DNA of 64,000 nt from Convolutriloba macropyga (taxonomy: Eukaryota). The translations under genes and the position numbers were made by a program. This document shows, one piece after another, positions 37,679 to 50,216 of the stretch. The notes beneath the pieces were generated by a model. It was not told the origin of the DNA, searched no databases, and worked only from the letters and a program-made list of their open reading frames with translations. Position 1 is the first letter of the stretch. Each line of letters starts with the position of its first letter. Location of the stretch: NCBI RefSeq assembly GCF_964194025.1, contig NC_134472.1, positions 4,588,001-4,652,000 of the forward strand, written 5' to 3'.

Positions 37679-39595
37679 ATGGAAAAGGTCTGCTCGATCT
37701 GCGAAAGCGATTTTTCGATGGAATCGGATAATAGCGAGGAACTGCCCTTCAGTTGTGAAACATGTGAAGAGAAGAGAGCATCGGCTGAGAAGCAACTGTT
37801 TTGCAACTTATGCGTTGGTCAGCACGTGCGCAGATTGCACCGTGTTCTAGACTCGAAAGGATATGAAGTTTCAGTTTGTAAACAACACAAATCTATGGAC
37901 GAATTGTTCTGCACGGATTGCGATCATTCTTTTTGTCGGTTGTGCCTTATGCTGCACAAAGAGCATGATTTTGCGCCAATTCATGAAAAATGCGCAGAGA
38001 CACGTAAAGAAGTTTTTAAGTACATTAATCAATTTGACTCTCTTACGAAGGATGTTAATTTTCAGCAGCAGGTTCGAAAGGATTGTTTGGAAGCTTTAGA
38101 CAAAGCTAATGAGTTGTGTAATCCGGACACGGTTTTGGATGTACTGATCAAGATAATGAGTGATATGGTCCGAGAAACAGCAAAAAATGAGGATATTCAA
38201 ACGCTGCTGACAAGTTTGCAAGAACAGTTCCGCCAAGATTCCAACAAAACGACTCTAACAAAAGCAACGTCAGCTGAATTTGACCAGCTGGTGGCTAAAT
38301 CTGTTGAGCTGGGTGAGAACTTACGCCAAGTGTTGCAGAACTCAGATGCTGTCCTCGTTGACAAATTCCAAGGCTTGTTATCTGAAATGGAAAATTGCTT
38401 GAAGAAGCAGAGAGGGCAAGTTGGATGTGTCAGCTATATGCACCCGTTTTATATAAATAACGTGTCATTTCAAGGAAAACTGTCAAGCCTTATTAGTGTT
38501 TTCTTCACATCGATGGTGTGGCCCACCGCCTTTACTAAAGAGCCCCTTCAGATGCAGTTGAAACCTGGAGTATTGTTACGTGACAATTTCAAAATTGTTC
38601 TTCATCCCTTCGATGTATATACTTCTGTTGAGATGGACGACAGAGACCAAATCACTTTTGTGTCAACTGAAAAATGTGGCAACCGTACGCCTGCTCTTCC
38701 AACTAATTGTCTAAATTGTGGCTATCCTTTGTGGGGAATTTCAAGATGCAGTCAAGCTTCATATATGCGCTGTCCTGAGAACCCTCTTATAGATCCCTAT
38801 ACTTCAATTACGTCTTGTAACACTGTGCAACCTCGCCGTGAAGTTTCAGTCACCGACCAGAAGACGGTCGTTAGACTTTTGGAAATTGAGTTTCCATTGG
38901 AGGTGGAATTGACAGTAAGATTGGGTGATTTTGTTGCTATGTTTGAGGATGGACTTTACATATTCAACTCATTTGACAATTCTGAGAACAGCGCTTCTTT
39001 CAGGCTACTTTTTGATAAGCAGAACATTGAGCAATTTTTGCTCGTTTATTCTAGCTTGAATTTGGCGCGATTGAATTGCTTGATATATGACGAAAAGTTA
39101 AAAGAGATACGTTCAATTTTGGAGGATAAATCTTTTGAACGATATCAGTGTCCTGAGAAACCGTCGGCTGTGACTGTTAGCAGAGATTTCATGACACTAT
39201 TTGTGGCTCTGAAATCCACTGGCGAAATTCTAGTGTTATCTGGAGGAAAGACAGAAATTATTCCGCCTGTACATCATGGCTTGCGGACAATTGACGCTCT
39301 TCATTTTGTTATCAATGAATCGTACACTCCGTTTTTGCTTGCGTGGAATTACACGAAGAGGATCTGTGTCATTCTTCGTCAGTACACCTCTAAATACATT
39401 CCGATCGGCGTTGTCTCTCCAACGGTGCCTGATGACGGCTCTGCAGATTTGACACTTACAGAAGTCAAGGTCGTCAAACAACATCAAAAACTTGAGTTTC
39501 CAGATATGCTCTATTTGTTCTACACCGATGCTAAAAATAAGACTCCGAGCAGCTTCAAAATTACAGTTAAAGAGTTGCTGGCTTACTTTAAATAA
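37679..39595 (+). CDS. RING-less TRIM-like protein, paralog 4, 638 aa, intact
   Basis: CSIC..CETC..CNLCVGQHVRRLH (B-box1), CKQH..CTDC..CRLC..HKEH (B-box2), coiled coil, WPTA, LNCLIYD, CPEKP, HGLRTID. Confidence 0.9.
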   Translation: MEKVCSICESDFSMESDNSEELPFSCETCEEKRASAEKQLFCNLCVGQHVRRLHRVLDSKGYEVSVCKQHKSMDELFCTDCDHSFCRLCLMLHKEHDFAPIHEKCAETRKEVFKYINQFDSLTKDVNFQQQVRKDCLEALDKANELCNPDTVLDVLIKIMSDMVRETAKNEDIQTLLTSLQEQFRQDSNKTTLTKATSAEFDQLVAKSVELGENLRQVLQNSDAVLVDKFQGLLSEMENCLKKQRGQVGCVSYMHPFYINNVSFQGKLSSLISVFFTSMVWPTAFTKEPLQMQLKPGVLLRDNFKIVLHPFDVYTSVEMDDRDQITFVSTEKCGNRTPALPTNCLNCGYPLWGISRCSQASYMRCPENPLIDPYTSITSCNTVQPRREVSVTDQKTVVRLLEIEFPLEVELTVRLGDFVAMFEDGLYIFNSFDNSENSASFRLLFDKQNIEQFLLVYSSLNLARLNCLIYDEKLKEIRSILEDKSFERYQCPEKPSAVTVSRDFMTLFVALKSTGEILVLSGGKTEIIPPVHHGLRTIDALHFVINESYTPFLLAWNYTKRICVILRQYTSKYIPIGVVSPTVPDDGSADLTLTEVKVVKQHQKLEFPDMLYLFYTDAKNKTPSSFKITVKELLAYFK

Positions 39596-41619
39596 TTAGC
39601 AAAAATTTCAGTTTGTTCGACGAAGTGTGCCAAAAACTCCCGAGGCCTGAGTAACTGTTTCATATGCAGAATTAATTGCACAAGGGTTTTTCAAATGTCT
39701 CGTAAGTTCTTAATTTAACTCTAAATACTCGTTGATCTCTTTCATTGAATACGAATATGATCTGTGGGATCTTTTCCGTTTTGTGCAACCCCCACCCCCC
39801 CAGCTTAGTGTGCGCATATTATTTGCACCCCCCAGACGCACGTGCCATATTTTTACATAACGATTCACTGTGTAATGACACCTGCGCTGTAACAGTGGAC
39901 AGTGGGGTGCATATCGCTCTGGGGTCGCAAACTGAAACGATCCTTCTTTCTCTGTATATCAATTTTTTTTGTTCAACCCGATGTCTTCCGAGAAAGAATT
40001 TGTTGATTTTGAGCTAACTAATTCAAATTTAAATTAGTTAAATTAGTTAAAATTATTAGAAGACAGTTTTTTATCGTGCCCAACAAAAAGGGGGCTTCAA
40101 AGTTAACAGGAATTTATTGGTAATTCATTTCTCACACACCGGTATGATTTGGTTTTTTTCGTCTTTGAAGGTCGAGAAGCGGTGCATTTTTATCATTAAA
40201 TTTTTCTAACAGTTTTTATAAACGAAGTAATTCTGAGAATTTTTTCGATACTTTACGGCCTAAGATTATTTGAAAAACGCTAAATGTTAACTTTTCCAAA
40301 AACAAATGGTTTTTGAAGATATAATTTGTCGCGCGTAAAACTCATGGTCATCGTGCTGGAGAATCTGTGGTCAATTGTAATTTTTTCCAACCTTTGACTC
40401 TATTCGTTGTTACAAGTGGTCTTCTTAAATAAAAATGCTGCTGACTACAATTTAAACTCATTTGATGATATCTTTTGTAAGTCCATTTTATTTTCATATT
40501 GCTAAGAAACAGATTGAAACTGCTCCCAAATTTTCATTTGAATGTGCTTTTTCATGCAAAAATTATGCTTGACCGTTTTGAGTTTTATCTTGTTTTTTAT
40601 GCGTTTTTCATGGTCTAAATTTCTCTACTCATTTGCAATTTTAAACAGCTGAACGTAATTGGCGGCAGTTTACTACTTAAAGTCAAGTGAAAGGCGCGCA
40701 AAAATGGGTGTCCTTTTTAACTTTATGTGGTACTTTAGAGATTCTAATGACTCATTTGAAGACCCTCCTTGTGAATTTTTTGCCCCCTCCCCAAAAGTCT
40801 TAATTCCCACCCCCTCCCTCTAGAGAAATTCAATTAACGTTAGTTTTTTTGGTTTGTATAGTCATGTGAGATAATATGGTTACTTCATTATTTTCAAATC
40901 AGGGCAGCTCAATTCTTCGGAAAGCAAATTTCTTTGTAAAAGCAATAAGAAAACTTTTATTTTTAAAATCAATGTTCCAATGTACATTGATTTCCAATAA
41001 ACATTTTGATTTGTTTTGTTTCATTTTTTTTTGACACAGGCGTTTTCATGTTCGTTTAATTGAATGATTCTGAAATTAACATAATTGTGACCTGTAAAGG
41101 GTGTCATTTTAATACAAAAATCTTGGTGAGATTCTATTTTTTTGCTAATTAGCTCTAGTGATTTAAGAGGCAACGCGCCGCAATTTAAAAATGTTCAAAC
41201 TCGGTGTGTTTCTTGTGACAGAAAACCATTCGTGCTAAATTTTGTTTTACCTCCTTATAAACATTCTTCGCCAAAAATTTCATTTCGTTTTCATGCAATG
41301 TTTACTTTGAAAGTTTATTGCATTTGTGTTAGGAAGTCTGGGCCAATACTGTAAAAAATGGTGCATTACTAGATTAGAAGCAGCATCTCTTAATTGCAAG
41401 TCTAGTGTGCTAGCCATTTATAAAACCTAGGCTAAGAATTCAGCATCTCTTAAACCCGTTTTGTTATTCTTTCTTGATCCTTAAGGCTACATTGAGAATT
41501 CCAGTATACGTTGAACTTGTAGAGCCTCTTGTGACCCGCTTTGTGATTAAGCTCATGGACTGGGTTCGGGGCACAAACTGTTTTTTGGGGTCTAAGCAGT
41601 CGCTTTTACTGTGAAAGCG

Positions 41620-41690
41620 GACCAGTACATGATTCGAACCAGCATCTCTTACTTGCTAGCTTACTGAGCTAACCATTGCACCAACTTGTC
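41620..41690 (-). mobile_element. tRNA-derived SINE head or tRNA pseudogene
   Basis: A box TGGTGCAATGG and B box GGTTCGAATC, with a 6/7 acceptor stem GACAAGT/ACTGGTC. The anticodon and T stems do not pair. Confidence 0.65.
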
Positions 41691-43698
41691 TTCAGCTCTC
41701 CAACTTGGGCATATCTTATAACCCGTTCTCTCGTTCTTTCTTCTTCCTCAAGGCTTCATTTATCAAGCGTGGTATACATCGAACAATTATAGCTTCTTGT
41801 CAAGCCTATCTTGTGCACAATTTACGTACGCTTGTTCTCTCTCAACCTTTTAACATTTGTTTAGCATTTTACAAAATCTTCTTTTATGTTCGTTGTTGAG
41901 CTATTTGAGTTTTTTGCCAATTTTTGTTTCAAATTTAATAATATTTTTTTTCATTTTGTTCACTTAAACTATTTTCTAGCTTCGAACTTAAATTATAAGT
42001 TTGTAGTTTTTTCTATGTCAAGCAAAACCTTTTTTATATCAGATTTTTCAAAGAAAATTAAACGACCCAGTGAGGAGCTCTGAAATGTTTTAAAACTTTT
42101 TGAAAAATACAGCGGTTTTGCTGCTTCATAATAGGTTTTAAAAATAATTGTGTTGTAGATGAGCTAGCAGAAAATTAGATTGTTTTGTTGATAAATCTTT
42201 CATAAGTCGTGTTTTTGGAAGAAAAATGTTCATCCCTCCGCGTATAACCTCCTTCTGAGTCCTAATAACAGATCGCTCTCTACAGATCGCTTAAGGAGTA
42301 GGTATGTACAGATTTTTTATGTTAATTTTTTGTCTGTGTTGTATTTTTGAACAAATTGATCAGAACAGCTCTTGAAAGGGTCTGCTATTCCTCAGGTAAT
42401 GTTCAATAGTTTTTTGGCCGCACGCGTTTGCAGTTTAAATTTATAAATAACTATCGCTCGAAACTTTTTGTATGGATATATAAATAAAGAATGAATATAT
42501 AAATTTAGACAAGAAATTTCTTTATTCAGAGGGGAGTTACAGCAGAAATGAGAAAAGGTTTGTAATTTATACTGAATTGCTCATTTAAGAATTGAGCAAA
42601 ACTTTAACGTTTAATGACTTCGAATTCTTTATTTATGCAAAAATTTTGCTTGACCGTTTTGAGTTTTATCTTGTTTTTTATGCGTTTTTCATGGTCTAAA
42701 TTTCTCTACTCATATGCAATTTTAAACAGCTGAACGTAATTGGCGGCAGTTTACTACTTAAAGTCAAGTGAAAGGCGCGCAAAAATGGGTGTCCTTTTTA
42801 ACTTTATGTGGTACTTTAGAGATTCTAATGACTCATTTGAAGACCCTCCTTGTGAATTTTTTGCCCCCTCCCCAAAAGTCTTAATTCCCACCCCCTCCCT
42901 CTAGAGAAATTCAATTAACGTTAGTTTTTTTGGTTTGTATAGTCATGTGAGATAATATGGTTACTTCATTATTTTCAAATCAGGGCAGCTCAATTCTTCG
43001 GAAAGCAAATTTCTTTGTAAAAGCAATAAGAAAACTTTTATTTTTAAAATCAATGTTCCAATGTACATTGATTTCCAATAAACATTTTAATTTGTTTTGT
43101 TTCATATTTTTATGACACAGGCGTTTTCATGTTCGTTTAATTGAATGATTCTGAAATTAACATAATTGTGACCTGTAAAGGGTGTCATTTTAATACAAAA
43201 ATCTTGGTGAGATTCTATTTTTTTGCTTATTAGCTCTTGTGATTTAAGAGGCAACGCGCCGCAATTTAAAAATGTTCAAACTCGGTGTGTTTATTGTGAC
43301 AGAAAACCATTCGTGCTAAATTTTGCTTTACCTCCTTATAAACATTCTTCGCCAAAAATTTCATTTCGTTTTCATGCAATGTTTACTTTGAAAGTTTATT
43401 GCATTTGTGTTAGGAGGTCTGGGCCAATACTGTAAAAAATGGTGCATTACTAGATTAGAAGCAGCATCTCTTAATTGCAAGTCTAGTGTGCTAGCCATTT
43501 ATAAGACCTAGGCTAAGCATTCAGCATCTCTTAAACCCGTTTTGTTATTTTCTTGATCCTTAAGGCTTCATTGAGAATTCCAGTATACGTTGAACTTGTA
43601 GAGCCTCTTGTGACCCGCTTTGTGATTAAGCTCATGAACTGGGTTCGGGGCACAAACTGTTTTGTGGGGTCTAAGCAGTCGCTTTTACTGTGAAAGCG

Positions 43699-43769
43699 GA
43701 CCAGTACATGATTCGAACCAGCATCTCTTACTTGCTAGCTTACTGTGCTAACCATTGCACCAACTTGTC
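43699..43769 (-). mobile_element. tRNA-derived SINE head, duplicate copy
   Basis: Same as 41620-41690, with a perfect D-stem GTGC/GCAC in this copy. Confidence 0.65.
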
Positions 43770-45016
43770 TTGAGCTCTCCAACTTGGGCATATCTTATAA
43801 CCCGTTCTCTCGTTCTTTCTTCTTCTTCAAGGCTTCATTTATCAAGCGTGGTATACATCGAACAATTATAGCTTCTTGTCAAGCCTATCTTGTGCACAAT
43901 TTACGTACGCTTGTTCTCTCTCAACCTTTTAACATTTGTTTAGCATTTTACAAAATGTTCTTTTATGTTCGTTGTTGAGCTATTTGAGTTTTTTTTGCCA
44001 ATTTTTGTTTCAAATTTAATAATATATATTTTTTTCATTTTGTTCACTTAAACTATTTTCTAGCTTCGAACTTAAATTATAAGTTTGTAGTTTTTTTCTA
44101 TGTCAAGCAAAACCTTTTTTTATATCAGATTTTTCATAGAAAATTAAACGACCCAGTGAGGAGCTCTGAAATATTTTAAAACTTTTTGAAAAATACAGCG
44201 GTTTTGCTGCTTCATAATAGGTTTTAAAAATAATTGTGTTGTAGATGGGCTAGCAGAAAATTAGATTGTTTTGTTGATAAATCTTTCATAATTCGTGTTT
44301 TTGGAAGAAAAATGTTCATCGCTCAGCGTACAACCTCCTTCTGAGTCCTAGTAACAGATCGCTCTCTACAGAGCGCTTAAGGAGTAGGTATGTACAGGTT
44401 TTTTATGTTAATTTTTTGTCTGTGTTGTATTTTTGAACAAATTGATCAGACCAGCTCTTGAAAGGGTCTGCTATTCCTCAGGTAATGTTCAATAGTTTTT
44501 TTGGCCGCACGTGTTTGCAGTTTAACTTCATAAATGACTATCGCTCGAAACTTTTTGTATGGATATATAAATATAGAATGAATATGTAAATTTAGACAAG
44601 AAATTTCTTTATTCAGAGGGGAGTTACAGCAGAAATGAGAAAAGGTTTGTAATTTATACTGAATTGCTCATTTAAGAATTGAGCAAAACTTTAACGTTTA
44701 ATGACTTCGAATTCGTTATTTATGAAAATTTGAGCCAATACTGAAAGTCAGCTTCTCTTTTTATTGTTACTGTTACAGTTTCTAATGGTTCTAATCACAG
44801 GACTTTTTGACTGCGTTAAGGATTTATTTTATGCGAATAATTATTAAACTATTGTAATTAGTATCATGTAAACTCCTCTTGTTGATTGCTTTGCTGGCAT
44901 CCAGTTGGAAGTAGCTGTTTTGACTGGTGACTGGCTAACGAAATGGTGATACCTGGGTAACATTGTGTCTATCCGTGAAGAGCATTAAAAAAAGCTTTCA
45001 GAACTTAAGATGAAAT

Positions 45017-46453
45017 GGAATTATTAATGAATTTAATATCAAAAAGTGTTCTTTGCTCTATTTGTGTCGTTCATGGATGATTACTCCATTTATGGATGAT
45101 ACTAATTGATCTGCGGGTGTATCGATATTCCACAGATTCCAGAATAATCAGTTTAGCTGGTCTAAGGTCTGGTCTAATTATTAATGAATTTAATATCAAA
45201 AAATGTTCTTTGCTCTGTTTGTGTCGTTTATGGATGATTGCTCCATTTATGGATGATACTAATTGATCTGCGGTTGTATCGATATTCACAGATTCCAGAA
45301 TCATCAGTTTAGCTGGTCTAAGGTCTGGTAGCCAAAAACTGGGGGTGGACAAATTAATGGGGGTGGAATTGTGGGTGGAATTATTGAATTTAATATCAAA
45401 AAGTGTTCTTTGCTCTATTTGTGTCGTTTATGTGTGACTGCTCCATTTATGGATGATGCTAATTGATCTGCGGGTGTATCGATATTCCACAGATTCCAGA
45501 ATAATCAGTTTAGCTTGTCTAAGGTCTGGTAGCCAAAAACTGGGGGTGGACAAATTAATGGGGGTGGAATTGTGGGTGGAATTATTGAATTTAATATCAA
45601 AGTGTATTTTGCTCTATTTCAGTCGTTTATGTATGATTGCTCCATTTATGGATGATGCTAATTGATCTGCGGGTGTATCGATATTCCACAGATTCCAGAC
45701 TAATCAGTTTAGCTGGTCTAAGGTCTGGTCTAATTATTAATGAGTTTAATATCAAAAAGTTTTCTCTGCTCTATTTTTGTCGTTTATGGATGATTGCTCC
45801 ATTTATGGATGATACTAATTGATCTGCGGGTGTTGGAATTATTAATGAATATGATATTTAAAAGTGTTCTTTGCTCTATTTGTGTCGTTCATGGATGATT
45901 GCTCCATTTATAGATGATACCAATTGATCTGCGGGTGTATCGATATTGCACAGATTCCAGAATAATCAGTTTAGCTTGTCTAAGGTCTGGTAGCCAAAAA
46001 CTGGGGTGGACAAATTAATGGGGGTGGAATTGTGGGTGGAATTATTGAATTTAATATCAAAAATTGTTTTTTGCTCTATTTGTGTCGTTTATGTATGATT
46101 GCTCCATTTATGGATGATGCTAATTGATCTGGTGGTGTATCGATATTCCACAGATTCCAAAATAATCAGTTTAGCTGGTCTATGGTCTGGTCTAATTATT
46201 AATGAGTTTAATATCAAAAAGTGTTCTCTGCTCTATCTTTGTCGTTTATGGATGATTGCTCCATTTATGGATGATACTAATTGATCTGCAGGTGTTGGAA
46301 TTATTAATGAATATGATATTTAAAAGTGTTCTTTGCTCTATTTGTGTCGTTCATGGATGATTGCTCCATTTATGGATGATACCAATTGATCTGCGGGTGT
46401 ATCGATATTGCACAGATTCTAGAATAATCGGTTTAGCTAGTCTAAGGTCTGGT
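45017..46453. repeat. complex satellite: ~157-bp monomer with long (~200 bp, G-rich insert) and short (~105 bp) variants, and a 462-bp higher-order unit
   Basis: Nine monomers starting near 45029, 45186, 45386, 45586, 45741, 45846, 46046, 46203 and 46308. ORF offset 45637 to 46099 is 462. Confidence 0.92.
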
Positions 46454-46489
46454 AGTCAAACATTGGGGATGGACCAATGCCGATACCAA

Positions 46490-49400
46490 CTTTAGTAGTC
46501 GTGTTTTAAGTTCGTTTTTTAGCTTTCTGGTGATTTATTCTGTTGTTCGATGACGGAACTAACACTGATTCTACTATAGTTATTTTAGTTTCAAGTTTTG
46601 AGCTTGAGTTGAATTATTGAGCTGTTCTGTGGCTGGTTTTTTCCCTACCATATCTTACGGTCTCTTTGTTAGCCTAATTGATGTGATAAACATATTAAAT
46701 AGAGAATGAACATGGATTTTGATGATCTTGAGGATTGCTTTGAAGTTGACGTTGACTCTATTGCGGACGAAGTTGAAAAACTAGATGATGGTGATGTGGG
46801 TTCGACGATGAAAGATCTTATGCAAAAAAATGATGCCATTGATAATAAAGCAGGACGGTGAACTGAGGAGGTTTAAACAGAGTCAAGGACACATGAAAGA
46901 TATGATGAACATCAACACCAATGCAATACACAAACTAGATGAGCGAATTGTTGAACTTGAAAAGTGCTCGAGAAAACTGTGCCTAATTTTCTAAAATTTC
47001 GAATGCAAAAGCGACGCACTATCAAGAATATTGCTTCTCTTCAAACAAATTTTGCGGCGAAATTTCAACCCCAAGCCTAGCAGCGTGTCATCCATTAAAC
47101 CAAAGCCCGAACGCTCCTATAATTGTGAAGTTTATGTATAACCGGGACCGTGATTTAATAGGGCCAGAAGAACCCGGCTCATGGGCATAAGCAATTCATT
47201 AGGACGACCCGTACAAGTTGATGAATGTCTAGCTCCGACAGACGGGAAGTAAGAACTGAAGCAAAACAAATGGGACTTCCATTTTTTTCTAGGAAACAAG
47301 ATGTCTATGCCTACAACCAGAATCTTCCCAATGCCGATGCTGCTCAAGTTAAATCAAATAAATTTTGTGATTTGAATGCCCCTGGCCTTTCTAAGCAGTC
47401 TACTCTACTTAAACTGGTATTTAAAATTGGTAAATTTAACAAAACGCCCATGCAAACGCCTAATTTGACCCGAAAAACCCGAGCACCGTTACTCAAAGTG
47501 TGATGCGAAAAAGAATGCAGCTATCTCTAGCAATGGAGAGTAAAGGAACGCCTGATGACAATCCCAACTTGGTGAATGTTATTGTGAAAAACCTTGTTCC
47601 TCGCTAATGCTGGCTTTGAAGGAAGTCACTAATGAAACAGTTACTGATAATGTTGATACTGATCTCAAAAATTTTTCTCAGATAACCGATGAATTCTCGC
47701 CCTGCAGAACTTTCAAAAATGAATCAAACAAAAATCCAAAACGGGCGTCCAATGAGATTAAAAAATCTAAAAATGCATAAAAACCAGGCGCATCGTAAAT
47801 GGAAAAGCACAAGAAACATCAGTCATTTAAATAACTTCAAGAGATAACGTGCCAAGTTTGAAAATTCAGACAAAGTTGCCAAAAAGATTTTTACGCAAAT
47901 CGTTCCGAATCTTGCATAGTAGACTCAAGGCAAACATATAAATTACTGATCAATCTTTCCGGTAAAAATCACGTGAGTAAAAATATACCATTTCTCAACT
48001 CTAGTACTGGTTTGAACGTGACAATTGATGAGATTGCTAACTCTTTTAATGACTATTTTGCAGATATTGGTAAGAATATCGCTTCGAAAATACCAGATGC
48101 CGATGCACCATTGAAAACAATCAACTTTAATAATAAATCCATGTTCTTATATAAAACCATCGATGAGGAAATCTTAAGCATCATGAATGAACTTGATAAT
48201 AAATCATCATCTGGTCTAGATAATTTGAGTAATATCTTAAAAACTTGATAAAGATCAGTTCGAATACTACCGCTCCATTTCTCTGTGATTTAATTAACAT
48301 GTCATTTAGGGAGGTGTGTTTCCAAAGATTCTCGCTGAAGCTTAAGTTATTGCACTTCATAAAGAGGGTGATAAAATTGATGAAAATAATTATCGATCTA
48401 TAATTTTGATAAGTATCAGGAGCAAAATTTTTGAGCTAATTATGTACAACAGAGTATACCTTTTCTTTGAAAAGAATTTACTATTCTCATGCAAACAATT
48501 TGGCTTTCCTCTTGAGCATAGTACAATTGATGCTCCTGTAGAATTTCATGTTGCTTCCTTGACCTCAAAAAGGCATTCGATACAGTAGATCATCAAATTT
48601 TGCTCTGGAAATTAGAAAGATATGGTATTCGTCTCAATTGTTTAAAGTGATTCCAATTATACCTTGCAAACAGATACCAAAAGGATGAAATAAACGGTCA
48701 TTTATCGAATTGGAGAAAAGTGAATTGTGGAGTTCCACAGGGATCAATACTTGGACCTTTGTTGTTCGTAATATATATTAACGACTTACCTGAGTGTTGC
48801 AAACATACTGATATAGTTGTTTCTGCCGATGACACAACTATTTTTCTCAGTAGTTTGTAATAGGAATCAGATTGAATCAGATCTGAAAGAGATGAGTTGT
48901 TGGCTTGTAGCAAACAAGTTATCTCTTAACTTAGAAAAAACTCTACAAATGAATATAAACACAAGTGCTTCCATTCTATCATTTACTATGAATAATTGTC
49001 CAGTTTCTTCACAAGTCTGTAAGTATCTTTGTTTAAGATTAGATTCAAAACCATTTTTTGTTGCTCATATTGATTATGTGAAAAAGAGACTAGGAAAACA
49101 GTGTGGGATTACTTCGAAGCTTAGACATTATGTACCGCCGAATTTTTATAAGATATTATAAAAGTAACATAAATCCAATAGTTCAATATGGCGTATTAGT
49201 TTACGGTTGCTCAAACTAGTCAAGTTTGAGACAAATTAACTACTTCAGAAAAAAGTATTAAAGTTTTTTTTATTTTCGTAGGCGCTCTGACCATTCTGAG
49301 GATATAGTTGTCAAGCATAAGATTCTAATCGTGTATGAACTGCACATTTGTGAGCTGCTCAAGTTTGTTCTTCGTTCTTTCATGGCCTACATTTATAAAA

Positions 49401-49670
49401 TTTCTTAAATTATATGTTTTGTTTTAATAATAAATTCACTAGAAATACTCCCTGAATCTGCTTCATGAACCGATTTGTAAGAAAAAAAAATTGAAAGACT
49501 ATCAGTAAAGTACCGTGCTAAAAAGTTGTTCAACTGCCTCACCAAACAAAACCTATTAGAAAATGTTGAAAATTAAATTCAAAAGAGTTGAGTAGTTTTT
49601 GTCCTAAATTGAAAGATTTCTATATTCTCAATAATGACGAATTGGTCAAACATATTCGTTCGTTATAGGA
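46490..49670 (+). mobile_element. decayed non-LTR retrotransposon (CR1/L2 group): ORF1 remnant and RT
   Basis: ORF1-like LDERIVELEKCSRK and PIIVKFMYNRDRD from ~46712. RT motifs NYRSI, SKIFE, QFGF, DLKKAFDTVDH, GVPQGSILGPLLFVIYINDLP, ADDT and LSLNLEKT in broken frames. Ends are approximate. Confidence 0.88.
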
Positions 49671-50216
49671 ACCCAAAAAATCCATAACCCTTGCCTGCAT
49701 GCTACAGGAGTACCCAAAAATAGTTGGCTTTCTGTTGGAAAAGAATGACCCCTCTAAGACCAATTTTTGTCCATTTTTTTTTTTAAAAATTTTTGCGATT
49801 CTGGTGCAACTTGACAAATTCTGAACTTGTAAAAATTTGCAAAAAAATTCCTTGTAACTTCAATTTAGGCTCGTCTACAACCATAAGCAGTTAATAGTCG
49901 TCCATGGTTAAGCACTTGGTTAATGTTCCAATGAATGACCAGAAAAGTCATGAAAAAACTTCGAAAAAAAATTAATTTTTCATTTTTTGATTTCTCTTTG
50001 ACTATTGAGCAACCATTACACAAGTAAGTTCAACTACTAAGGGCAGAATTATGAAGACACATAGTCCCGTTGCCTGTCCCCTCCGAGTCTCTTTATAAAT
50101 AAATTATATTTAATTGATTTATATTTTGCAGAAATAAATTCTTTCTTTCTCTCTTTCCGTCCATTAATTTTTGTTGTTTTATCGTTTCAGTGATTAAATG
50201 TTGTTTAAGATAGACG

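Larger units (their letters stand above)
40554..44724. repeat. recent tandem duplication, 2 x ~2.08 kb (40554-42634, 42635-44724)
   Basis: Near-identical copies with offset 2081 (ORFs 41142 vs 43223). Junction microhomology atg(c)aaaa. Confidence 0.97.

Noticed and set aside
41620-41690. Functional tRNA-Ala(AGC)
   Set aside because: Anticodon stem (GTAAG/GTAAG) and T stem cannot pair.
45071-46284. Repeated short ORFs (MLHLWMMLIDL...)
   Set aside because: Satellite translations with inconsistent frames.
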